A DNA stretch of 64,000 bases from Schmidtea polychroa. Its lineage: Eukaryota. The notes under the pieces were generated by a model, which did no database searches, had not been told where the DNA came from, and saw only the letters and a list, made by a program, of their open reading frames with translations. Positions 25,856 through 36,631 of this stretch are shown here, one piece after another. Where the stretch lies: the NCBI GenBank assembly GCA_044892525.1, contig CM097886.1:88102001-88166000 (forward strand), read 5' to 3'. Numbering within the stretch: the stretch's first letter is position 1; each line of letters starts with the position of its first letter. A program made the translations under genes and the position numbers.

Positions 25856-28800
25856 AGATGTGTGCCTGCATCAGCTCAAGCGTCTGCCGTTCCCTTTAAT
25901 GAGACTGATGCAGAGAGCACAATAGATAATTACTATTTAACAATTGACGATTTTGATAGTGAAATGTGGTTCTCTGATAATGATATTGATTGGTATCTTG
26001 AAAACCATATCGACAATCCAATGCATGGATACATCAAGTGTTTCATCGTTAATATTCTATGCTCGAATATTCAAGAAGAAATTGTTGCAATTCCACAGTC
26101 AATTACCAATGCTGAAATGATTTTTTGTCCACTTAATATAAACAATTCCCATTGGATTCTTTTTGTATACTGTAAGAAATCGAATTCATCTTACTTTATT
26201 GATCCAATTTTTAATAACAGAAATAATCTAATCAACAAACAAATGGCTCTTAAAATGAATATTGCACTAAATAGATTTTTCAACCTCAAGATAGCAGTGT
26301 CATATCATCCGCATACAAATCTTCAATATCAAAATAACAATTTTGACTGTGGTCCATTCACTTGCGCTTATGCAGTGATAATCAGTAAAGATTGGAACAG
26401 CTTTCCTGATGGATTCATTGAAGAAATAAGACGAAATGTTCATCGATATCAGAAACACTTGGTTAATGGTTCACCAAATTTAATTGGAGGTGCTAAAAAC
26501 AATTTAGATATGGCAACAATCAATTTCAAGAAGGCTATCGCTAAATCTAAAACTACAAATAATAATTTAAACATTACTAAAGTTCTCAACAACCAAGCGC
26601 CATGTGTGTCATCACTAATTGATAAATATTATAAAGAGAATTCTAAAATCTTGGTTTTATCTGCCAATTTAACATCCAATTTAATTGCGCAAAATGACTC
26701 TTTTATAGCCGACAATGTCACCTTTAAACAATTTAAAGGAATCGATAACATTCTTGGTGTCATTCCAAAATTTAAAGATTGGTGTCTTTTCATATACTCC
26801 AGTAAGCTTAACCGTAGCTACATTTTTGATTTTAATTATAGAAATATTGATGAGAGATTGATTGAAATTGGTGAAAAGATGACCGATTATCTCAATCAAT
26901 TTTGTCTTAATCGAAAAATTAAATTCATAGCTGATCATCGAATCTCGCATCCTTCCTTTCACTCTAATGACAATCAATACTTTGCAAGTTCCTTTATTGT
27001 GTTTTTTGAGAAATTTGTCTTTGAAAGACTCTTGGATTATGATAAAGTATATGATACACTTGGTGAATTAAAATCTCAGTCGTGCATTGAAATTTCTCCC
27101 AACTTTAATTTAATCAACGGTAAAATAACTGATAAAATTATTAATGAATATTTTATGAACCTAAAATTATCGAATAATTATATTCTCCTAAACAGAACTT
27201 TGTCTGCTGCAATTTCAGATGATTGTACTCAATACTTAAATGATTTTTTAAACATTGAGGACATGATGAAGGCAAATGTAATCTTTGCAATAATTTCTCC
27301 TCCCAAGGCCCATGAATTGCTGTTGGTAATTGATTACGACACAGACGAACATTATTTTCTTAGTCCAGTGACCAATGATTTGAATGTGTTTTCTAAAGCT
27401 TTCTCTTATAACATTGTGCTCAAAATTAATGAGCTAAGACAAAGTAAAGGGCGTTCAATGACAATTGGCCACTGCCCACATGATATAAGAGGTTCTGGTT
27501 TATTTAGCAAAATATTAATTTGTGCATTTATCAGAAACTACACTCAAGATAAATCTCTTGAAAATATTAACTTGACTGAAATTTCTGAAATAATCAACTC
27601 TCTAGTTCCAATAGTTGATAATAATGACATTGTCAAAATTGAGAGACGTGGAAAATTGAAAATTGCTAATTCTTTGAAACTAACTTTGAAGCAACGCAAA
27701 GATAGAATTGATGAGCTTTTAACTACATTGTCTAACTCTAATGTTGATGAAATTATCTCTACTATTCTGGCAAATATTCCTCATCTAGAAAATTTGCAGG
27801 ATCAAGAATTTCGAGAGCCATATCTTGGGAAAAATCACAATAAACCTAAAAAATTCAACAATTCTACTGAATTTCTGAAAAATATGAAAAAGACTGTAAA
27901 CAGAATTTTAGGTAATCAGAGCGAAAAAGCTGAACCACCATTTCAGGAAATTATAAACACTTTCACTCATCAAGATACTTTACCTGGAAGTTGGAACAAC
28001 GTTTTAAACTTTAGTAAAATCTCGAAAAGCTTACTTGAATTAGAAATTACTACGCCAATGGAAATTCTTTCCAATCTTCAGGAAGCTGATAATTCTACGC
28101 CCGGACTTGATAATGTATATTATAAAGATCTTCTGTTACTTGATCCAGATTGTAAGCTTCTAGCGTTACTTTTCAACAAAGTCATTCAACTGAAATCTAT
28201 CCCTACAAGTTGGAAAACTTTTAAAACAATATTAATTCCGAAACCTGATAAAAATGACCAATACCATAAAATATCTTCATGGCGACCAATCGCATTACTG
28301 TCAGTGATTTACAAAGTTTTCGCTTCAGTTCTTGCAACTCGTCTTAGTTCATGGATTAAAGAAAATAATCTGCTGCATATTGGCCAAAAGGGTGGTTCAG
28401 AATACGAAGGATGTATTGAACACAACTCAATTCTCTCTGCGATTGTCGAGCATTCAAAATATAGTAAATCTTCACCTTTAGCAATAGCATGGCTTGACAT
28501 CAAAGACGCTTTCGGAAGTGTTCCACACGAATACATGTGGACATTGTTAAGACATATGAACGTTGGTGAAAACTTTGTGAATATCCTGAAATTACTTTAT
28601 ACAGATACGAGCTCTTTTTATCGCTGTAACAAAATGCAGACACCAAATATTCCAATAAAGAAAGGTGTAAAACAAGGCTGCCCGATCTCTATGATTCTGT
28701 TTGCAATAGCTATTAATCCGGTTCTTGAAGCTATTACCGCATCTAACATTACACCTTTTATGATAGGCTCTTCTCAAGTACAAGTGTTAGCTTATGCTGA

Positions 28801-30804
28801 TGACATTGCACTTATTGCAACTAGCTCAACTGACCTCCAAAAGCTAATTGGCGTAGCTGTAAAAACTGCCAATAATATTGGATTTGAATATCGCCCTGAA
28901 AAATGTGCATATATACAATACCCAAAACTAGAAACGGTCAGTGAAATCGTTGTCAACAATGATTTAATTAAAAAACTTGCTGGTAATGAATTTTACCAAT
29001 ACTTAGGAGTGCCAATAGGTGATAATAATGATCAAAGTCCCTATGAAATCGTCAGCCAAGTCATTGAAGATACTAAAAAGATTGCTAACTCTGATCTCTA
29101 TGGTTGGCAAAAGCTCAAAGCTTATAAAATCTTCCTGCATTCGCGCCTTATTTTCCCATTTAGAACTAGGGAAATTAAAACTAGTTCATTAACATCTCCT
29201 AGTAGTAACTCAAGGATAAATGTAAATAGTACTAGCCAATTGAGGAGCCATTTGAGGAAAATATTAAATTTACCAAACCACTCTGAAATAAGTTATTTCT
29301 ATAATGCCACTGAAAATGGTGGAGCTGGCTGTATTGACCTTCTTGATGAGTATCACACACAGTCGATTGTTTACTTTTTCCGTTTACTAACATCAACTTG
29401 CGACTACTCAAAAAAGATAAACACTTTTTCACTCTTGTCTGTGACAAGTCCAAGACTCGGAATCAAAGAACCAACTCTCAGTCAAAGCTTGGAATGGGTT
29501 AATGGAAAAGAAAGCAAATTAAATCATGGTGGTAGTAAAACTCGCTTCTACCGATTGCGTGCATCAATTGCATATTTCAATCGAGTTCACAACATTAAAA
29601 TTTCGTTCGAAACTTTCAAACAAAATCCTTCGATTCGACTCACTACTTCATTAACTGGCACTCGCATATTATTACCAAAATTAAGAAAAGCATTATCAAA
29701 GATTCTCCATTCTGCTCTTCAAGATTCGTATCTCGAAAAGTGGGAGAAAAGTAATCAAAGTAATCTAATTGTGTCTGCTCTCAAACTTTGTCCATTTGTC
29801 AACAAACTAATTTTCCGTAGTGACTTGACAGACTTTGAATGGAATTTCATTCATCGAGCTCGAACAAATACACTCTCTACATTTGCTAAGCCACATAAAA
29901 CTGGCGAAGACCGCCTTTGTCGTAGATGTAAATCTGAAGATGAGACAATTTTACATGTACTCCAAACTTGTAGAATCAATCAATCATTAGCAACTAATCG
30001 ACATAATGCTTGCTTAGAAAAAATTAAAGATGCGCTTAAAAATCCTGAACTCTTGGTTGTCACTGATCACAAATGTTCTCTTGTACCAAATTCCAACGAA
30101 CGGGTTGATCTTTTAATAACAAATACCGAGAAAAAGACGATTCTGCTAGTAGACATGAAATGTCCAATTGATTCTGTAATTAATTTTGAGCGAGTCGACA
30201 AATTAAATTTAGAAAAATATGATAAATTAAAATCAGATATACAAACAGTTAAACCTGATTACAAGGTTGAATTGTTTACATGCATCATGGGTTCCTTGGG
30301 GTCAATTGAACCAAAAACTTCTGATCTTTTATTAAAAATGGGAATTCCACAAACAAAAATCAAAGGTTTGATGAAGGAATGCGCAATAAGTAACATTGCA
30401 CACTCGGCAAAGATTTGGTATTTTCATTGTAATGGAAAGCTTCCAAATTTTGCATAATTAAAATAAATTGGTTTTCAACTTAAATAAATAATTAAATTTA
30501 AAACTTTTATTAATTTGATTATTTAAACAAACTAAATTTATATTTCATTAAAAAAATAAACTAATTATTAGAGAAACTTTCATTTTTTGGAGATAAATAT
30601 TCTGCGACAGAGCAAATTTATTAATTTAGAACTTCAATCTACCAAAGACAAGTCGCAATGCCGGATAATAAATTCCGATGAAATTGATCAGAGATTCCAG
30701 CAGATGAAGAAATATGTGAATATTTGCTTATGGACAACTCCATGTAGAGCTGATTATCTGTTAAAAACAATATTCAAATTTGTTATATTTAATAAATGTT
30801 TTAT
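23322..30804 (+). mobile_element. Retrotransposon copy 4, full length, both ORFs intact, mosaic
   Basis: Same junctions; copy-3-like ends with copy-1/2-like middle. Confidence 0.95.
25862..30457 (+). CDS. ORF2 protease-RT-RLE (1531 aa), copy 4
   Basis: Intact frame and motifs. Confidence 0.95.
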   Translation: MPASAQASAVPFNETDAESTIDNYYLTIDDFDSEMWFSDNDIDWYLENHIDNPMHGYIKCFIVNILCSNIQEEIVAIPQSITNAEMIFCPLNINNSHWILFVYCKKSNSSYFIDPIFNNRNNLINKQMALKMNIALNRFFNLKIAVSYHPHTNLQYQNNNFDCGPFTCAYAVIISKDWNSFPDGFIEEIRRNVHRYQKHLVNGSPNLIGGAKNNLDMATINFKKAIAKSKTTNNNLNITKVLNNQAPCVSSLIDKYYKENSKILVLSANLTSNLIAQNDSFIADNVTFKQFKGIDNILGVIPKFKDWCLFIYSSKLNRSYIFDFNYRNIDERLIEIGEKMTDYLNQFCLNRKIKFIADHRISHPSFHSNDNQYFASSFIVFFEKFVFERLLDYDKVYDTLGELKSQSCIEISPNFNLINGKITDKIINEYFMNLKLSNNYILLNRTLSAAISDDCTQYLNDFLNIEDMMKANVIFAIISPPKAHELLLVIDYDTDEHYFLSPVTNDLNVFSKAFSYNIVLKINELRQSKGRSMTIGHCPHDIRGSGLFSKILICAFIRNYTQDKSLENINLTEISEIINSLVPIVDNNDIVKIERRGKLKIANSLKLTLKQRKDRIDELLTTLSNSNVDEIISTILANIPHLENLQDQEFREPYLGKNHNKPKKFNNSTEFLKNMKKTVNRILGNQSEKAEPPFQEIINTFTHQDTLPGSWNNVLNFSKISKSLLELEITTPMEILSNLQEADNSTPGLDNVYYKDLLLLDPDCKLLALLFNKVIQLKSIPTSWKTFKTILIPKPDKNDQYHKISSWRPIALLSVIYKVFASVLATRLSSWIKENNLLHIGQKGGSEYEGCIEHNSILSAIVEHSKYSKSSPLAIAWLDIKDAFGSVPHEYMWTLLRHMNVGENFVNILKLLYTDTSSFYRCNKMQTPNIPIKKGVKQGCPISMILFAIAINPVLEAITASNITPFMIGSSQVQVLAYADDIALIATSSTDLQKLIGVAVKTANNIGFEYRPEKCAYIQYPKLETVSEIVVNNDLIKKLAGNEFYQYLGVPIGDNNDQSPYEIVSQVIEDTKKIANSDLYGWQKLKAYKIFLHSRLIFPFRTREIKTSSLTSPSSNSRINVNSTSQLRSHLRKILNLPNHSEISYFYNATENGGAGCIDLLDEYHTQSIVYFFRLLTSTCDYSKKINTFSLLSVTSPRLGIKEPTLSQSLEWVNGKESKLNHGGSKTRFYRLRASIAYFNRVHNIKISFETFKQNPSIRLTTSLTGTRILLPKLRKALSKILHSALQDSYLEKWEKSNQSNLIVSALKLCPFVNKLIFRSDLTDFEWNFIHRARTNTLSTFAKPHKTGEDRLCRRCKSEDETILHVLQTCRINQSLATNRHNACLEKIKDALKNPELLVVTDHKCSLVPNSNERVDLLITNTEKKTILLVDMKCPIDSVINFERVDKLNLEKYDKLKSDIQTVKPDYKVELFTCIMGSLGSIEPKTSDLLLKMGIPQTKIKGLMKECAISNIAHSAKIWYFHCNGKLPNFA

Positions 30805-30858
30805 TAGCGCGTCAGTCTCATAATCTGAAGGTCGTGAGTTCGATCCTCACTCGGGGCA
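30805..30858 (+). pseudogene. 5'-truncated tRNA-Met (nt 20-73)
   Basis: Element 3' junction. Confidence 0.92.
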
Positions 30859-31020
30859 TAATGTTTTGGATTTTTTCAAAAATTTTCAATTTTGCTATTC
30901 TTAGTTCTACAAAGCAGTTCAAAACCCAACTTTTCTACATCATTTCGACAATAAATCATCAATATTTTGACTTGAATAAAATAAAATGAACAAGTAAAGA
31001 AAAGTGAAAATCAAATTAAC

Positions 31021-31093
31021 GCCTCGATAGCGCAGTAGGTAGCGCGTCAGTCTCATAATCTGAAGGTCGTGAGTTCGATCCTCACTCGGGGCA
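31021..31093 (+). tRNA. tRNA-Met(CAT)
   Basis: Consensus copy. Confidence 0.96.
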
Positions 31094-31261
31094 TAATGTT
31101 TTGGATTTTTTCAAAAATTTTCAATTTTGCTATTCTTAGTTCTATAAAGCAATTCGTTTTCAAAACCCAACTTTTCTACATCATTTCGACAATAAATCAT
31201 CAATATTTTGACTTGAATAAAATAAAATGAACAAGTAAAGAAAAGTGAAAATCAAATTAAC

Positions 31262-31334
31262 GCCTCAATAGCGCAGTAGGTAGCGCGTCAGTCTCATAAT
31301 CTGAAGGTCGTGAGTTCGATCCTCACTCGGGGCA
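31262..31334 (+). tRNA. tRNA-Met(CAT), G6A variant
   Basis: A6-C67 mismatch. Confidence 0.85.
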
Positions 31335-31502
31335 TAATGTTTTGGATTTTTTCAAAAATTTTCAATTTTGCTATTCTTAGTTCTACAAAGCAATTTGTTT
31401 TCAAAACCTAACTTTTCTACATCATTTCGACAATAAATCATCAATATTTTGACTTGAATAAAATAAAATGAACAAGTAAAGAAAAGTGAAAATCAAATTA
31501 AC

Positions 31503-31575
31503 GCCTCGATAGCGCAGTAGGTAGCGCGTCAGTCTCATAATCTGAAGGTCGTGAGTTCGATCCTCACTCGGGGCA
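31503..31575 (+). tRNA. tRNA-Met(CAT)
   Basis: Consensus copy. Confidence 0.96.
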
Positions 31576-31743
31576 TAATGTTTTGGATTTTTTCAAAAAT
31601 TATCAATTTTGCTATTCTTAGTTCTACAAAGCAATTTGTTTTCAAAACCCAACTTTTCTACATCATTTCGACAATAAATCATCAATATTTTGACTTGAAT
31701 AAAATAAAATGAACAAGTAAAGAAAAGTGAAAATCAAATTAAC

Positions 31744-31816
31744 GCCTCGATAGCGCAGTAGGTAGCGCGTCAGTCTCATAATCTGAAGGTCGTGAGTTCG
31801 ATCCTCACTCGGGGCA
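31744..31816 (+). tRNA. tRNA-Met(CAT)
   Basis: Consensus copy. Confidence 0.96.
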
Positions 31817-31978
31817 TAATGTTTTGGATTTTTTCAAAAATTTTCAATTTTGCTATTCTTAGTTCTACAAAGCAGTTCAAAACCCAACTTTTCTACATCA
31901 TTTCGACAATAAATCATCAATATTTTGACTTGAATAAAATAAAATGAACAAGTAAAGAAAAGTGAAAATCAAATTAAC

Positions 31979-32051
31979 GCCTCGATAGCGCAGTAGGTAG
32001 CGCGTCAGTCTCATAATCTGAAGGTCGTGAGTTCGATCCTCACTCGGGGCA
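31979..32051 (+). tRNA. tRNA-Met(CAT)
   Basis: Consensus copy. Confidence 0.96.
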
Positions 32052-32219
32052 TAATGTTTTGGATTTTTTCAAAAATTTTCAATTTTGCTATTCTTAGTTC
32101 TACAAAGCAATTCGTTTTCAAAACCCAACTTTTCTACATCATTTCGACAATAAATCATCAATATTTTGACTTGAATAAAATAAAATGAACAAGTAAAGAA
32201 AAGTGAAAATCAAATTAAC

Positions 32220-32292
32220 GCCTCAATAGCGCAGTAGGTAGCGCGTCAGTCTCATAATCTGAAGGTCGTGAGTTCGATCCTCACTCGGGGCA
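32220..32292 (+). tRNA. tRNA-Met(CAT), G6A variant
   Basis: A6-C67 mismatch. Confidence 0.85.
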
Positions 32293-32454
32293 TAATGTTT
32301 TGGATTTTTTCAAAAATTTTCAATTTTGCTATTCTTAGTTCTACAAAGCAGTTCAAAACCCAACTTTTCTACATCATTTCGACAATAAATCATCAATATT
32401 TTGACTTGAATAAAATAAAATGAACAAGTAAAGAAAAGTGAAAATCAAATTAAC

Positions 32455-32527
32455 GCCTCGATAGCGCAGTATGTAGCGCGTCAGTCTCATAATCTGAAGG
32501 TCGTGAGTTCGATCCTCACTCGGGGCA
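32455..32527 (+). tRNA. tRNA-Met(CAT), G18T variant (possibly impaired)
   Basis: AGTATGTA D-loop; invariant G18 lost. Confidence 0.75.
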
Positions 32528-32695
32528 TAATGTTTTGGATTTTTTCAAAAATTTTCAATTTTGCTATTCTTAGTTCTACAAAGCAATTCGTTTTCATAAC
32601 CCAACTTTTCTACATCATTTCGACAATAAATCATCAATATTTTGACTTGAATAAAATAAAATGAACAAGTAAAGAAAAGTGAAAATCAACTTAAC

Positions 32696-32768
32696 GCCTC
32701 GATAGCGCAGTAGGTAGCGCGTCAGTCTCATAATCTGAAGGTTGTGAGTTCGATCCTCACTCGGGGCA
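32696..32768 (+). tRNA. tRNA-Met(CAT), C48T variant
   Basis: AGGTT variable loop. Confidence 0.85.
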
Positions 32769-32930
32769 TAATGTTTTGGATTTTTTCAAAAATTTTCAAT
32801 TTTGCTATTCTTAGTTCTACAAAGCAGTTCAAAACCCAACTTTTCTACATCATTTCGACAATAAATCATCAATATTTTGACTTGAATAAAATAAAATGAA
32901 CAAGTAAAGAAAAGTGAAAATCAAATTAAC

Positions 32931-33003
32931 GCCTCGATAGCGCAGTAGGTAGCGCGTCAGTCTCATAATCTGAAGGTCGTGAGTTCGATCCTCACTCGGG
33001 GCA
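32931..33003 (+). tRNA. tRNA-Met(CAT)
   Basis: Consensus copy. Confidence 0.96.
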
Positions 33004-33171
33004 TAATGTTTTGGATTTTTTCAAAAATTATCAATTTTGCTATTCTTAGTTCTACAAAGCAATTTGTTTTCAAAACCCAACTTTTCTACATCATTTCGAC
33101 AATAAATCATCAATATTTTGACTTGAATAAAATAAAATGAACAAGTAAAGAAAAGTGAAAATCAAATTAAC

Positions 33172-33244
33172 GCCTCGATAGCGCAGTATGTAGCGCGTCA
33201 GTCTCATAATCTGAAGGTCGTGAGTTCGATCCTCACTCGGGGCA
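33172..33244 (+). tRNA. tRNA-Met(CAT), G18T variant (possibly impaired)
   Basis: AGTATGTA D-loop. Confidence 0.75.
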
Positions 33245-33412
33245 TAATGTTTTGGATTTTTTCAAAAATTTTCAATTTTGCTATTCTTAGTTCTACAAAG
33301 CAATTCGTTTTCAAAACCCAACTTTTCTACATCATTTCGACAATAAATCATCAATATTTTGACTTGAATAAAATAAAATGAACAAGTAAAGAAAAGTGAA
33401 AATCAACTTAAC

Positions 33413-33485
33413 GCCTCGATAGCGCAGTAGGTAGCGCGTCAGTCTCATAATCTGAAGGTTGTGAGTTCGATCCTCACTCGGGGCA
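33413..33485 (+). tRNA. tRNA-Met(CAT), C48T variant
   Basis: AGGTT variable loop. Confidence 0.85.
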
Positions 33486-33647
33486 TAATGTTTTGGATTT
33501 TTTCAAAAATTTTCAATTTTGCTATTCTTAGTTCTACAAAGCAGTTCAAAACCCAACTTTTCTACATCATTTCGACAATAAATCATCAATATTTTGACTT
33601 GAATAAAATAAAATGAACAAGTAAAGAAAAGTGAAAATCAAATTAAC

Positions 33648-33720
33648 GCCTCAATAGCGCAGTAGGTAGCGCGTCAGTCTCATAATCTGAAGGTCGTGAG
33701 TTCGATCCTCACTCGGGGCA
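33648..33720 (+). tRNA. tRNA-Met(CAT), G6A variant
   Basis: A6-C67 mismatch. Confidence 0.85.
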
Positions 33721-33888
33721 TAATGTTTTGGATTTTTTCAAAAATTTTCAATTTTGCTATTCTTAGTTCTACAAAGCAATTCGTTTTCAAAACCCAACTT
33801 TTCTACATCATTTCGACAATAAATCATCAATATTTTGACTTGAATAAAATAAAATGAACAAGTAAAGAAAAGTGAAAATCAACTTAAC

Positions 33889-33961
33889 GCCTCGATAGCG
33901 CAGTAGGTAGCGCGTCAGTCTCATAATCTGAAGGTTGTGAGTTCGATCCTCACTCGGGGCA
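33889..33961 (+). tRNA. tRNA-Met(CAT), C48T variant
   Basis: AGGTT variable loop; directly upstream of copy 5. Confidence 0.85.
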
Positions 33962-34094
33962 TAATGTTTTGGATTTTTTCAAAAATTTTCAATTTTGCTA
34001 TTCTTAGTTCTACAAAGCAATTCGTTTTCAAAACCCAACTTTTCTACATCATTTCGACAATAAATCATCAATATTTTGACTTGAATAAAATAAA

Positions 34095-36631
34095 ATGACT
34101 AACGAAGAAAACAAGATGATGCAATCGCCTTATGCAATGCATCAACAAGATATGCACGCTGGAGTTCAATCAACGACTGCAGATGGATTATGTAATTATG
34201 CAATTGATATGAAGAAACTTCAGAAATTATTCCAATTTCAATTGCAATCAAATCAGGCTCTTTTGGATTTCTTCAGTCAATTCAAAGCTGGATTTCATAT
34301 GCCTTCCATGGAGAATTCAATGAACAATGTCCTTCCAAACAAGCCGGAAAATCAGTTTCAGAATTTCGAGAAACGTTTAGATTTAATGGAGATTTCATTC
34401 TCAAAGAAGCTTGAAAGGTTAGAGTGTTTATCTTTGAATTTTGAGGGTTTCTTTAATAATTTAAATAATTTCAATAAATTTTCTTTAAATAAAGATTTTT
34501 TCCATTTTAAAGATAATAAAATTAATGAAATTTCAAATTTAGATAATTGTAATTTTAATAATTCATCAATTGTCAATAAGGATTTTAATATAGAGTTTGA
34601 TAAATTTCCTTTAAATAAAAATTCTTGTAATGTTAATAATTCAACTTCTGATAAAAATCTAAAAATTAATGTGAATAACGATTTAAATAAGGATAGTCAA
34701 AATTTCGATAATTTTAAAATTTCAATGAATAATAATACACGTTTTGACAATCCTAAAGTGTTTGTTTCCAAACCGATAATAAGTAATAAAAGTTTTGATT
34801 TTAAGACTTTTATTCGTATTTTAACAAAAAAAGAGCGAAAACAGCTCTATAATAAGTTTCCAACTTTGATTCCTTTAACTAAAATTAAGGAATCAAAGAA
34901 TAAATATTTAAAATTAAATAAATTTTTATCTGGGGAGGAATTTAATGCCAATCCTTTAGGTTTAGATAATTTTAAATGTTTTTTTTATAGGAATTTTAAT
35001 TTCTGTGTTGAGTTTCATATAAGTAGTTTTTTAAATGAAAACTCAACCGTTAAACCTGTCTCTTATAAAAAGAAAATATTTTGTCTGAACATAATATTGT
35101 AAAGACTTTTCCTAATTTTTCTAATTATATAGCAGCACCAACTTCAATTAAAAGATTTTTATTTAATCTTTCGCCTGAGCTTTCTGAAACAGTTTCTATT
35201 ACAGATTGTAATCATAGAGAAAATAAAATTAATAAAATCATTTCTTCTTTGATTAAACAAGATAAACTCCCAAATTATCTGGTTAAATCAAAAATTAAAT
35301 ATCAAAAGGGTGAGTTTATATTGTTAGATTTGACAAACCCAAATATAACATCCAAGATAAATAACGATTTCACATCATCAACATTTTCCGAACTCTCTCG
35401 TACCCAGATGAAATCTCTCTACTCATCTTATCCTTCTCTTAAAGAGATTATGTTTGTTGAGAATCCTGACTCAAAATCATCTTCAATTATTAAGTTGATT
35501 GAATCTTTAAAAATCGATAATGTGTTTCCTGAAGATATCTTTTTTGAAGGGGGTAAATTCTTTCAATTTGATATTAAATACAAAGAACCCAATTCATTTC
35601 CTGACATAATGTTTAATCTTGGGTTATTTGATCTAATAAACATGGCAAAAGATGATGTTGAATTAAAATCAATTTTGACTAAAACAGATTGTCACTTTAA
35701 AATTGTTGAGATAGTATTTTATCTAAATTACTTGGGTTTGGTTGGATCCTTAAAATTTTCTCAAAATCAAACTTATTCTGATTATGTTGTCAACTATATT
35801 CGAAATTGTTGTTTATTAAATTCACTCTGTTCGCTTGAAGATCTTTCTCTTCTCTCGCTTGAAAATTTTGAATGTTGGGCTTCTGAAATTATTCAAAGGA
35901 TTCCAAACTCGTCTTTTTATTATACAAATTGTCAAGAAAAACTCTTGAAATTAAAACAATGGAAAATTTCTGGGGAAATTAAAAAGATCCATAACGTAAT
36001 ATCTCCAGAAACTATAGCATGTGTTAATAGTTTTCTTGATCTTGTTGACGAAACCTTTCCCAATAAATTTCAAAACAATAATATCCTTACTAAATTAATG
36101 GAAACAATTAATAATGAGAAATTAATAGATGACACATATGGCGTTAAAGCGAAGCGATTTATTTATTTTTTGTTGAGAGATACAAAGAAATTGATGGATA
36201 AAAACCAGAAATTCCGTCTGTTTGAAACAAGTAATAAATATTGCACTCCAGAGATGTGCCAGCAAATTTCTCTAATAATAACTAAATTAAAATTAATTGT
36301 TAACCAAATCAATGTAAAAGAAACAGCCGAAACCAATTGCGATATTGACAATCCAACTACCAACAATGATGTTTTGGACCCTATCGTTGTCATAGAAGAA
36401 ATCAACTGTATGAAATGTAATAACATCCTTGAAAAATTCATTTTGGCCAGAGAAGGAATGAATGTTAACATTTGTGAAAACTGTTTATTTGACGCCATTT
36501 CCACTGATCAATCAAATTCTAGTCAAGTCAATCCAATCCCTACAGAGACTATTGAAGAACCTCTCACAAAGAAATCTGCTACAAAATCGCGAGCTACGAC
36601 ACTAAAAAAACAATCATCGAAGACCAAATGA
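34095..36631 (+). pseudogene. ORF1 with 1-bp deletion at ~35077
   Basis: aaaaTATTTTgtc versus aaaaTTTTTTTgtc; split into 335-aa and 516-aa ORFs. Confidence 0.8.

Larger units (their letters stand above)
30805..34098 (+). repeat. tRNA-Met tandem array segment 4 (1 truncated + 13 full genes)
   Basis: Mixed 241/235-bp units with higher-order repetition. Confidence 0.95.

Noticed and set aside
30805-34098. CRISPR-like array
   Set aside because: Spacers are near-identical rather than unique, the repeat is a tRNA gene, and there are no cas genes
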